Source of the DNA: Camelus ferus
Lineage: Eukaryota
Direction: 5' to 3'
NCBI RefSeq assembly: GCF_009834535.1
Contig: NC_045702.1
Coordinates: 5,952,001-6,016,000 of the forward strand
Length of the DNA stretch: 64,000 nt
The first letter of the stretch is position 1; every line of letters starts with the position of its first letter. The notes under the pieces are model-generated. The model saw only the letters and a list, made by a program, of their open reading frames with translations. It was not told where the DNA came from and made no database searches. Shown here piece after piece: positions 44,951-57,303 of the stretch. Both the position numbers and the translations under genes were made by a program.

Positions 44951-46204
44951 GCCTGTTTTGGCTGAAGGCTCCCCAAAATAGAAGCCAACTCTTCCCCATT
45001 CCAAAGCTAGACCACAGAGGCCTGATTTGTAAAGAGGAGCTGAAATACTCGGCTGTGATGCAAGCCCTCACCACTAAGAGGGAGTCAAAGCGCTGGGAGT
45101 GAAGAGGTCAGGAAGCTGGATATTAGAGATGTTTCTGGAAAGATCTGTCAAGTTCCTGGGAGACCCCACATTACCATGGGGACGGGTGGGGTGAGCTACT
45201 TTCCTCTGACCTTAAGCCTAATGAGAATGGCATCCTGACCTGTATTTTCTGGAACTGTGGGCCTACTCATAAATCCAGGCCTGGAAAAGACTAAAGGTGT
45301 AACTGACTGATGGGCTTCTTTGTTGTGGCCATTTGGGAAGAGTCTATATTCACAGGGCTTGTCAGAGCAAAAGATATATAAGTGTTTTCCATCATCCAGA
45401 TATGAGCCCCACAGGGGAAGTGCCTGGAGCCACTTAAAGGGACTGCCCGTGACTGTCTATTGGCATGATGCTCCCCCAGGGAGCCCATGCAGGGCGGAGT
45501 GCTACAGCTGACACTACCCACTGCAGTGGAGTGAGAGGTCTCCAGTGACCGGGGTCTGGGGGAGTGGAGAACCCACTGACACACTTGGAGAATCAGCTTT
45601 CAGTTATCCCAGCTACAAGTAACTGGTATCTCATTACCCAGATGCCAGGTAAAACCTTTCTTGTACTTCTCCTCCCCACTTCCCCACGCCTGTTTCCAGC
45701 CAGGATGCAGAAGCCCTGGAACAAGCTAGGGGTAGGAGGAGAATGTCTTTCTCCTTATCGCAAGATTCCAGATTCTAGACCTCAAGCAGCTGAGATGGGA
45801 CAGGCAAGAAACTTTAGCTTCAAATGAAGTCCAGATTTTTAATTCACTACATAAGGATTGGACTTTTGTTTCCTATTTTTCAGTCAATTTTTAGGTCATT
45901 TAAAACTTATAGAAAAGTTTTAATATTAAAACAAGGAACTCTAATCATTTGCATTTTGTCCCATTTGCTTTATCATGCTCATGTGCCCTCCCTCCCTCTC
46001 CTCTATGTATATGCATAATATATAAAAACATATATATGTCTATGTGCAGGCTGCACACTGGAGTTACCTGGGGATCTTTTAAATATATAAATTATACATA
46101 TATATATTTTTTTTTTTCTGAACTATTTGAGGCTAAATTGCTTTCATACCTCCCTTTATCCCTAAATACTTCCATGAGTATTACTCAAGAAAAAGACATT
46201 ATCT

Positions 46205-46775
46205 TATGGGGTAGACAGAATTCTAACATGAGCTCCAGGGACCCCAATCTCTGCCCCTTGGAGTGTGAGTGGAATCTATGAAATGACATCACATCCATGA
46301 TTACGTTATGGATCAAAAGAGATGTTGTCTGGGTGGCTTAATGTAATCACACCAGCAGCTTAAAAGCAGAGGAAGTCAGAGCACAAAAGCACAAAGAGGA
46401 TTCAACATTTTGTTGCTGGACTGAGGATTTTATGGCCATGTGGAAAGGACCTGGGAACAGCCTCTAAGAGCTGAGAATGCTCCCTGATCAGCCCCAGAAA
46501 GAAAACAGGGACCTTAGTCCTACAACCACAAGGAGCTTGATTCTGCCAACAACCAAATAACCCAGTGATTCTTCCCAGAGCCTCCTGATTACAAGCACAA
46601 GAATATTGGTGCACAGTCTGGTGGACATCTTAATTTCAGTCATGTGAGACCCTAAGCAGGGAACCCCGCTGAGTCCACCTGGACTTCTGACCTCCAGGAT
46701 TATGAGATAATAAATGGGTGTTTTTCAGCCACTAAATTTGTGATAATTTGTGTGTGGCAACTGAAAAACTAATAT
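46205..46775. mobile_element. MaLR solo LTR (MLT1D/E-like)
   Basis: GGTAGACAGAATTCTAA...CAGTCCTACAACCACAAGGAG...GACTTCTGACCTCCAG...GAGATAATAAATGGGTG...CAGCCACTAAATTTGTG. Confidence 0.75.
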
Positions 46776-47363
46776 GTCTTATATAACCAAAGTATAATGA
46801 GCAAAAACAGAAAATTTAACATTGATATAATACTACTATTTAATCCTCAGTCCACAACTAAATGTCTTTAATTGTCCCCGAAATGTCCTTTACAGCTAGC
46901 TATACGACTATTTCCCCTAGTCCAGCATCTAATCCACAATCTTGCACTGCACTTAGGTAGCATGCTTCTCTAGTCCCTGTTAATTTGGAATAGTTTGTAA
47001 ACCCTTCTTTGTCTAATCAGGACATTTTTCCCCTCAATTAAAAAAAATGTGGTAAAATACACATAACATAAAATTAACCATTTTTAAGTGTATAGCTCAG
47101 AGATATTAAATGTGTATAAGGTTATGCAGCCATCACCAATACCCATCTACAGCACTCTTCACCTTATAAAACAAATTCTACCTCCCCATCACCCACCCCC
47201 CATCCCCTGGCAACTGCCATTCTCTCTGTCTCTATGAATTTGACCGCTCTAAGTACCTTTTCAGATTATTCATCGTAAGGGAAATCATAGTTTTTATGTT
47301 TTTGTGATTGGCTTATTTCACTGAGCATAATGCCCTCAAGATTCATCCATGTTTTGACATGTG

Positions 47364-47502
47364 NNNNNNNNNNNNNNNNNNNNNNNNNNNNNNNNNNNNN
47401 NNNNNNNNNNNNNNNNNNNNNNNNNNNNNNNNNNNNNNNNNNNNNNNNNNNNNNNNNNNNNNNNNNNNNNNNNNNNNNNNNNNNNNNNNNNNNNNNNNNN
47501 NN
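47364..47502. other. Assembly gap (139 N)
   Basis: Run of N inside the L1. Confidence 0.99.
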
Positions 47503-48018
47503 TCTCTTTGAGAACCTGCTTTTAATTATTTTGGATATATACTCAGAAGTGGAATTGCTGCGTCATATGATAATTGTATTTTAAATTCTTTAAGGAGCCA
47601 CCATAGTGTTTTCCACAGTGACTGTGCCATTTCATATTCCTACCAAGGGGCACAAGGATTCCAATTTCTCCACATCCTCAAAAACACTTGCTGTTTTCCA
47701 CTTGTTTGATATGAACCATCCTAATGGGTGTGAGGTGGTATCTCACTGTGGTATTGATTTGCGTTTCTTTAATTATCAGTGATATTGATCATATTTTCAT
47801 GTGCTCATTGGCCATTTGTACATCTTCTTTGGAGAAATGCTTATTCAAGTCCTTTGTCCATTTTTTTGAACAGGTTGTTTTTTTGTTAAGTTTTAGGGGT
47901 TCTCTGTAGATTCTGGATATGAATCCCTTACCTGATATATGATTTGCAGATATTTTCTCCCATTCTTTGCATTGCCTTTTTACTATGTTTATATGTCTTT
48001 GATGCACAAAGTTACAAT

Positions 48019-48226
48019 NNNNNNNNNNNNNNNNNNNNNNNNNNNNNNNNNNNNNNNNNNNNNNNNNNNNNNNNNNNNNNNNNNNNNNNNNNNNNNNNNN
48101 NNNNNNNNNNNNNNNNNNNNNNNNNNNNNNNNNNNNNNNNNNNNNNNNNNNNNNNNNNNNNNNNNNNNNNNNNNNNNNNNNNNNNNNNNNNNNNNNNNNN
48201 NNNNNNNNNNNNNNNNNNNNNNNNNN
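48019..48226. other. Assembly gap (208 N)
   Basis: Run of N inside the L1. Confidence 0.99.
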
Positions 48227-51200
48227 ATTTTACATATGGATATCTAGTTTTCCCAGGACCATTTGTTGAAGACTGTCTTTTCTCCATCAGCACACTTGTC
48301 GTTTGGCCGCATATGTGAAGGCTTATTTCTGGGCTCTCTGTTCTATTCCACTGGGGTATATGTCTACCTTTATGCCAGTACTGCACTGTTTTGATTACTG
48401 TCGCTTTGTAGTAAGTTTTAAAATGAGTCCTCCAGCTTTGTTGCAACATTCTAATTTCAATTTATACCAGCTAAACTTCAACAGTATACAAAAACTCTGC
48501 TCCTTTACAGCTTTCCATACCGCTTTTGACCACTGATGTCACAAAATTATATCTTTATAAATGTGTGTCCCAAAACATAAACCAGTAATTCTTTTTAATG
48601 TATTAGCCCCTTAAAGTTTGTAGAAAACAAGATTTGAAGTTACAACAAAAGCTAGAAAAATACTGGCTTTTAGACTAATAATTTTTTTCCCTTTAAGCAT
48701 ACTGGTCTCTTAAATCATTTGGAACTGAAGGTGCAGTTACAAACCATTGTTACAATAATACCAGCTTTTATAACTGCCCATGTATTTACTTTTACTGAGA
48801 TCCGTATCTCAAGTTACTGCCTAGAGTCCTTTAATTTCACCTGCAGACCCCTAGCTATGTGAGGCCTAGCTGAGTTAATGACCTCACCTGTAGGAAAGGC
48901 ACTGCCCACCTGAAGTTGAGTGACCTGCCGCTCAGCATATGATGACACCTTTACTAGTAAAAACAAGGCTTACCACATAGCCCCTATATTGGCTTGTCTG
49001 CTTCTGTTACTGACAAATATTAGTATCTTAACAGTGAAATATAACCGAGTTTTCTTTTTGGAGAAAAGCAAGAGACGTCACCAAATATGGTGAAGCCAGA
49101 ATTTAAAGTATGGAAATAAAAGAATAGTCAGAATTCTACAGAGTGATAAATAGTTCTAAATGGGCAAGTCCACAAAGTTAAACTTGACAGAGGAAAGCAT
49201 TAAAAATAAAACATAAACCTCTTTTCTCCGTAATCAAAACGACTGTCCTCTATAAGTTCAGCCCCATTGATGAGACAGCTGGTGAGGGCAAGGAGACTGT
49301 GACAGGTGAGTGGACCTGACCTGGAAACATACCATCAGCTGACAAGCTTTAGTCAATGCAATTCAACTGCCAAACAACTGACAGAAATTAATATGGAATT
49401 CAACTGCATTAAATTGAGACTGTTGTTTTTAAAACAGGTCCAATAATTACAAAATCTGAAAGAACAAATCTGCTAGTTGTAAATCCTAATAAGAGCAATG
49501 GAAAAATTAGCTGGGTTTCCTCAAGTGAAAAGAGCAAAAGGAAATCCATAGCACGAATGTGCTGGGATGCAGCATGATGACCATCAGACCCACCAAGACC
49601 CAGGGCCCGAGCAGAGCTGCTGACGTGACCACATCCCATCAGCCCAGGGCATCAGCCCTTCTGCACCCTAGTCCTTACAGAGGCCGAGGCGAGAGAATGA
49701 ACAGTGACCCGCAGAGAAGGTCGGCGAGAACCAGACCAAACCACTACCCTCTTGCAGGGGGGAAGGGTATAGGAGTGGGGACTTCCAAAAAATTCTTATA
49801 CTGTTAAAATTTTTAAATAATCTTATATTACACTTGGTGCCATTGTTATTTTAAAATTAACAACATGCTTAGCACAATCTTGAAATGAAAAGAAATGGCG
49901 TCCAATTGGTAATAAACATATATAGAGCAGGCATTTTATCTGAGTCTGATGCATATGGAACGGGCAGAAGAGTAAGAATTTCAGTTTAGCCATTTTGCAG
50001 CTAAATGGGTTGAATTCTCAGGGCTGTTTTCTCATCCGAAAATACTACTGCTACTTGCCTTACAGGTTCTGTGTAAGGGTTAGAGAGATTGTATGTAAGA
50101 CGCTCAACACAAGGACCAGCGCTTGGTAGGTGCTCAGTCAGTAGCAAAACCCACTATTATTATTTCCAGACAGGAGAATAAAAGAAAACATAGAGGCTTC
50201 CTGTAACACCCAATATAAGCAGGTCATAGTGTTTTAAAATAAGAGATAAGAAACATTAAAAATGGATGGGATTACATCTGAACTAACACAACATTGCAAA
50301 TCAACTATACTTCAATTAAAAATATGCATGGAAGATTTTTTTTAAAGACGTATAGAACTTTTCTTGGCTGCAAAAATTATGATGAGGTTTTCTTTTTCAA
50401 AATTGAGTTCACTCCAAAGAGAAGTTCTACTTGTGTTCCATTTACAAAAGATAATGCCAAATAATATTCCATTTCTAGACCCGTGTGCCCATCTTAATTT
50501 CACAGACAACTGAAGAGAACTGCCCCATCCTCCATACAGTCCTTCCTGACTCCTGCCCTCAACCCTCAAGCAAAACGAATTACTCTTCCTCTGATCATAC
50601 TTATTGTTCATCCAAACAAAATGTAACCAAGACTGATCTGCCCCTTGATTTCCCTCAGTCAGTTAAGATTTCCCCACTTCCTAATATATAGAAGTTAAGA
50701 AGAAAATGATAAAATGCTCAGATGATGCTGTCAGGCTGAACAAGCCAAGTCAGGCCCACCCTGTGGGAGACGCACTGTGGTACTACTGGGTCCCCACCAA
50801 AGGGGCCCAAAAGGCAAAGCACATCCCTGCTGCCCATTCCTTCCAAGGGAAGATCAGCTTCTTGCGGGTGGGGATGTCTTTCTTCAAAATGAATCGCCTG
50901 CTTTCAAACATCATCAGTGGCAGTCATGCTCGGGAAGGTGCACTTCATCCCAGGGCCCGCGGCCCAGGACATGATTACAGCACCTCTGTCCTCGTGAAAC
51001 AAAGTGTTTCACATCATTTCTAAATGTTGGGGGAGGCATTTAAAAACTGAACATCGATAAAAACAAGTAGTATACGGGTCACGTATGTTGAGAAAATAAT
51101 CTCTATCTTAGCTGCAGTGAGAGGATGGTGTAAACCAGGGGCTATGACATCAACTAAGCCACAAATACTCATTTCTTCTTCTGTAGAAATGATGCAGGTC

Positions 51201-52005
51201 GCTGCTGCAATTCCTAAGTTATGTACAGAAGCCTGTTCTGCAAGGTTTCTGTTACAATATATGCTAGTTAAAAAAACCCACAAAACCCAAAAATCAGATA
51301 AGATGAAAAGCTGTCATTCCATTTTAGTGCCACGTGAGAACCCTGGGTGCCTGATGGAAAAAGGAAGCAAAGAGAAGAACAAGAAGCAGGTGCAGGAGAC
51401 AAGACTCTGCCGGGAAGACAACAAACACCACACTGCTCCTGCTCCAGTGCAGACCTAGGACCTAGTGCCGCCAGGCCGAGACCGCCCGCCTGCTGGCCCC
51501 TCCCTCTGCCGTCGCTAGATGCCAGTCCTCCTCCCTCTGCACCTGGCTTTCAAGTCAGTTAAAACACTTCTGTTCAGACTGTCCTTATCCCTCCCTCAGA
51601 TGCCCAGCTCAATTAAATCACTCTCCTTGGCAGCCCCTGGGCACTTTCCTGAACCTCTTTTATGGAACTTGTATGATCTTACAGTTTCTTATCAAAGTGT
51701 CTGTCTCTCCCACAAACCTGCCAGCCCCTTGAAAGCAGAGATCTTGACTCACTCATGTTCACCCAGCACGTAGTAAGTACTCAACAAATGTCTGGTGGAA
51801 GATGGGTGACAGGTGGGGGGATGAAGAGGAGAAAAAGCACAGTATCCCAAAGCAGGGAGAGTTCTGAGATGCAAAAAATATACTCACTCTCTGCCTACGG
51901 ACAGGGAGAGGGCAGAAATGGGGTGATGACTACGAGCCACAGCTGCCCTTGTGGGTTTCCCATGTCAAGTGATGGTGGCAAACAAGGGCCTACAGGGATC
52001 TTTAC

Positions 52006-52183
52006 CCAGGGATGCCAACAGCTCATAATTCATCCGCATCACGTCTCTGTACAGCTCCTTCTGCCGCTTGTCTAGCACGCCCCACTCCTCCCGGGTGAAA
52101 TACACCGCCACATCCTCAAACACCACCGGGAGCTCCTCAAACACCACGGGAACCTCCTCAAACAGCCCCTCTTCAGAAGGATC
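52006..52183 (-). CDS. ZNF862: ZNF862 coding exon 5 (second KRAB-A box)
   Basis: [59 protein letters not shown](G); 178 nt; ttgcAG / GTAAAG. Confidence 0.96.
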
Positions 52184-53661
52184 CTGCAACAAAGAGCAGC
52201 AGTCACTCAATATTCCTCTCACATCAGACACCCACGTGTTACTTCCAGGGTCCTGCTCGAGACCTGTTTCTCCTGGAAAGCCTGCCAACAGGCCCAGATG
52301 CACTCTGAGGAACTCAGTTATCTATCGAAAGTCAAAGAAGCAAATGTGTGTGGCCCAGAGTTACTAAGTCAAAATCAAATGAACCTCAGTGCGACCGTGG
52401 AGTATCCTGGGAGGAAAGGAAAAAGCACTGAGGACTAGAGGTCTTGGCGGAAACTCGTGACTGCACACTGCCCTTTACAGCCCCAGGGGGGGCCTTCTAT
52501 TCATCCATGGCTGCACAGGTGGCCGGCTGCCTCTAAGAGCACCTGCTAAGGTTTCCCACCCAGATAGGGAGGAAGAAGTAGTAAAAAAGAACTAAAGCTG
52601 CTCACATTCAGTGAGTAGGTTAGCACACACTCTGCTGCTAAAGGAATTCAGATCCTAAAAGGTTAGACCTGTTTATTAGCTTCTACTATTAAAGACTAGA
52701 AAGAACAAGAACAAGAAGAGAAATGAGCTTTGTCACTTTTCTGGATTCTGTAAAACTCCGAGTTTACTGACTTGACCTATGATGTTAGGTACGAGGAACA
52801 TCTGAGCTATTCTCTTTGGAATACCAGAAGCCTTCCTCAAGACGATTTGTAGTAAAAGCCTGCTGATATGGAAGAGCTGAGAAATGGGGAAGGACCTAGT
52901 TACTCAAAGATTCTGATTAATGCAGTTTCCATATAGGCCAATTTTCCAAAGAGTTAGACAATTACAAAATAAACCTGAGGTGAGAACTAGGGCCTTGTAG
53001 GCTCCACCAGCCCCGCAGGGAGCAGAAGGGGAGCACTGAGCTGGCACTCAAGGGCTGTGGGGAGAGGCCACCACCACGACGGCCCTTCAACTCTGGCTAT
53101 GTCCCACCCCCTGAGTCTTAGATGCCGCCCAACGAGATGAGTTTAACCAGCCTTGCTCCACAAGCCTCAGAGCAGCATTAAAAACATGACATAAAGGAAC
53201 AAGTGTGAAGAGATTTCACAATGTTTAAAAGTGCTACATGGTTCCAAAGCTAAAGTTGAAAATGTTTTTAAAATTACGTAAGAGCTCTGAGGTTGTTTTG
53301 TGGTTATGGATTACTTCTTGAGTTCTGTGGTCATTTTGGATTCAAGATAAAGATTATCGTTCTGAATTTAGGTGTTCCCTGTATGTCAGAAGTCAGGATA
53401 TCCCGTCCCACTAATTACGTTTTGTTATCTGCCAAAAGGAGGCGATGATAACGGGGCTGTCGTCATAAATAAAGGAGATAATACATGTAAAGCACTTAAA
53501 ACAATGCCTAGCACATTATAAAGCATGTGAGCTCATGGTAACATTATATGTTAGCAGCAGATATGGCTAATGGAATTTTTTCGTCATCATCATGCAATAT
53601 ATGTTGTTCTCAGTATGGAATCCTTGCCCTTGAGATACAGCAATCATTACAAACATATTAC

Positions 53662-54359
53662 CTGTCCACGGGGTTCAGCAGAGTCATTACACAAAATGTT
53701 AACGTTTGAGGAGCCACGGATGTCATCAGCAATTTCTTTTTGCTTGAAATCGGAAATGTAGTCTAGGTACAATGCAGGAATTGCTCCATTCCCCCCAGGG
53801 TCCTCCAGGGCAGCTCTCGAGCTGGGCAGGAGCTGGGCCATGTTATCAAAGGTCCCCAGAGGCCCTGGGGGGTAAAATATGGGATAATCTGCAGTGAAGA
53901 GGTGCTCCGGGCCGGCCAGTACATCTCCAGATGCATCTTGGATTCTCTGGAAACGGGCTGCCCAGATGGGATCCCGTGCTGCCAAGGCCTTGACACAGAA
54001 CACGTGGGCTTTGCTCTTGCCGTGGTATTTGAGAGTCTCCACCTTGAATGGTCCTGTGTAACCTTCTATTAATCTTGACCGTCTGTCCCTGACAGATGGG
54101 TACTCCCGGCAAGCAGAGCAAAAGAGAGCCGTTTGCTCCTCGTTCATGACCAGCCATGGGAACTGTGCAAACCATGACTTCTGGATAGACCGAGGTTTTA
54201 AGTGCTTTTTGTTTTTTCCCATACAGTCTACCTCGATGCTGCCACTCTCTGAGCTGAAGTGGGAAAGGCAGGCTTTCTTCTGAGGTGGCAGGTACAGACC
54301 AGCTTCTCTGGCTGGACTTTGCACATCCATTTCTTCCATGAAGCCCACCTTGCTTTTTC
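53662..54359 (-). CDS. ZNF862: ZNF862 coding exon 4 (TTF-type zinc finger 1)
   Basis: (G)[13 protein letters not shown]...[15 protein letters not shown]...FCSAC...[20 protein letters not shown]...PRGQ; 698 nt; tcaaAG / GTAATA. Confidence 0.95.
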
Positions 54360-55896
54360 CTTTGAAGAAAAGAGACAGATGGAATTTGCTCTGAAATCTT
54401 ATAGGCAGAGTAACTGCAACTCACAAAGGCACTCAGATGCATGGACAGGAAGCTGGGAACCACACCCACAAAGTGACAGCCTGCCTCACGTTCTTGTCGC
54501 TCAGTCTCCCAGCCCCAGGCCCACCTTGCCTGACCCAGAAGAAACCAAATGGGCTTTAAGCAAACCTTTTTTTTTTTTTTAATTTAAAGGACAGATACAC
54601 CTGGCCAAAAAGAGATCTTTGTAATTTGATCTCTGCAACCCAAGACAGTGGCACAGTCTTCAGGAGAGCAGACTTAGTTATGGGTAAGTACACTGAACTA
54701 GGAGAATGCAGGGTGAAAAAAGGTAATTGAAGCAAACACTTCCACTCCACACTCAACGGGAATCCCCTTTCATGGTACCCCTGCCAGACAGGCATCTGCA
54801 CTTTGCTCAGGTACCTTTAGGGCAAGAGAGTGACCTACCTCCTGGGCAGGCAATTTTGGTCCCCAGAGAATTTTCCTAAAGCTGCAATCCATCTTTGAGT
54901 AACTTCCACCCAGGGGTGCTACTCCAGCCCTCAAGAAAAACACAAGTCTAATTCCTGTCTCACGCCACCCTTCAAAGAGGTGAAAACTCCCATGACCTCA
55001 CTACGATTTTCCTTCTTGAAGCTAAACCAGAAGTTTCTTTATTCACTCCTTCATTGAAATGCAGCTTAGACAACTCTAAGTCCTCTGGAGCCATTTCTTA
55101 TGCATCAACAAGTTCAGAGGCCTCGTGGCCAAGGACCCAACAGTATCTGTTCCAGGGCAATAGATCAGTCTACGAGACTGTGGCCAACCCCAGAAGCACA
55201 CAGCTGCTAACAAAGAGTAAAGAGGCTCGAAATTAAGAGCCAAGCACAAGAAAAACAAACCAAATTAGTATCTGTGAATCTAGGGCTCTATGTGGTCCAT
55301 CTGAGACAGATCACAAGGGAGAGCAAATTTTCGTCATTTGATTTATGCAGGAACTTGTTCCACCTCCCTTTTCTCCCGGAGGAGGGGCTGGGTTCATACT
55401 GTCACCTTACGGTCAGATGACAAGAGGCCGTCTGGCCTGGCTCCAGCCAAGCCAATCCCCGAACAGGACAGGCTTGTCAAAGGAGGAAAGCAAACATCAA
55501 TTCCTAGGACTTAGCAGACATCTATTCATTTACCCGTTTGTTCCATGGTTGTCTACTGAGCAACCACGTGCCAGGCTTGGTTCTCGGCACTGGGAATAGA
55601 GTAGTAAATAAGACCAGGTCGTGCCTTCATGGGACTTAGAATATATACTGATACACAAACATCTGCTCTTGGGTAGAAGTAAATAAAGGGAGGAAAAAAA
55701 TAAATAAAACGAGAGGAGAACGATGTTGGGGGAGGTGTGTGTATCTTAGATAAGGTGACAGCTTGGGGAAGAAGAACATTGTGTGTAGTCGGCAGAGAAC
55801 AGGGAGAGGCAGAGGGTGAGACCAGAGCCCTGGCATCCAGCTTCCCGCTCCTTCTCCAGCTAAGCACCCCTCCTCCCAGGGCAGGTCCACACTCAC

Positions 55897-56001
55897 CTGG
55901 GTGGTGGCTCAGGAGAGTCCTCTGGCCCTGGACTCTGGCTAGCCATGGCTCTGGCCCTCGCTCAAACTTATAGAACAGCTCTGGGTTGGCGATCGTTGGT
56001 C
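55897..56001 (-). CDS. ZNF862: ZNF862 coding exon 3 (first KRAB-B box)
   Basis: (G)[34 protein letters not shown](G); 105 nt; actcAG / GTGAGT. Confidence 0.94.
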
Positions 56002-57191
56002 CTGAGTCAGGAACAGAGAAAAGCACTGTGAGGTCCTGGATCCAGGTCACACAGGCTAAAAAGGTCAGAAAACTACTGGTTCAGAGCAGAGGCTCAAACT
56101 CAAACGCTAAGAGGGACCAGATGATAATCTGAGAAAACCAGACAGAGGTGGGAGGCTGTGGATTTGAACCCGTGTGCAGAGACAGCTGCTCGACTCCACG
56201 AGGGGGCCACCAGCCAAACACCAGGCCAGTACCACTAGACCACCCCAGTTTTCAAGAGAAAACAGAAATTATATTTCTGTGTGAAGACTCCCAATGGTTA
56301 AATATTGATGATTTATTTAAATATTTTAAAGAAGCCAAACAAAAGTGATTAAAGAAAAGAAAAAAAATGGGGGAGGCCAAAGTTGGCCCGTGAGCTGCTG
56401 CTTTGCCACTTCCGGTTTAAAAGAATTGGTTTTCAAACCGTTTTTAGCAGGCACGGAAAGCACAGTCCCTCCATCCACAGAGAGCTCAGACTTGCTCCCA
56501 CAACCCTTAGGGGCCAAGAAGAAAAGAAGCAAAGAAAGGCCTGGCAGATGGTCATCAAACAGAAGTCAGAAAGAGGACAAATGCACGTACACACACTGAA
56601 ACACAATCGCCTCTGTCCATGGTACAGAGAAAGAACATCCACAAAATAAAAAAGATGAAGAACACCTACATTGGCACAAAGTTTTAAGTTTTGCCTCATT
56701 AAACCTTTACAACAACCCTGTGAAGAAAGAAACCAAGGCTTAAAAAGGCTAATGGGCTTGGCAAACGCACACCACATCACGTGGTAGAGGTGGGACTGAG
56801 ACCAGGTTTCCACACTGCGAATCTGATGCTTGTTCAACCCTGCCCACCACCTGCAGCGTCCTATGGGCACCTGAAACAAATGCACCTTGCAGCTCCGCAG
56901 TCCACAGGTGGGGCTTCCCACCTGGAACCCCACGATATCCTGAGACATCCAGGTCTAGCCTTGATGTGCCCAATCTCTCCACTTCTTCTGGACAATTTAA
57001 ACGGAGAAGAGAAAGGGTGATGTGTGAATCCATGTGCAGCTGAGTCAGATATGGGACTGAGTGGATAAACAGTGTAAAGATGCCTGAAAACAGTGGTAGA
57101 GTTCCAGAAAATTCCCAAGTATGTCATAGTCAGACATGGTGGGAATGCTGACCTAGGGTCAGGCAGTGGGGAAATGAACAGGATTCCATAC

Positions 57192-57303
57192 CCAGTGGTG
57201 CCTCCAGCTTGTCAGAACCACAGAGCTCCTTCCGCTGCTGACTCAGCAGCATCCATTCCTCCTGAAGCAAGTACACCGTGATGTCATCAAACGTCACAGG
57301 AGC
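57192..57303 (-). CDS. ZNF862: ZNF862 coding exon 2 (first, degenerate KRAB-A box)
   Basis: [37 protein letters not shown](G); 112 nt; ttccAG / GTATGG. Confidence 0.95.

Larger units (their letters stand above)
47030..48850 (-). mobile_element. LINE-1 fragments (antisense ORF2 3' part/3'UTR), interrupted by assembly gaps
   Basis: The minus ORF 48012-48449 translates as L1 ORF2-like ([33 protein letters not shown]); TCTTTGGAGAAATGCTTATTCAAGTCC. Confidence 0.85.
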
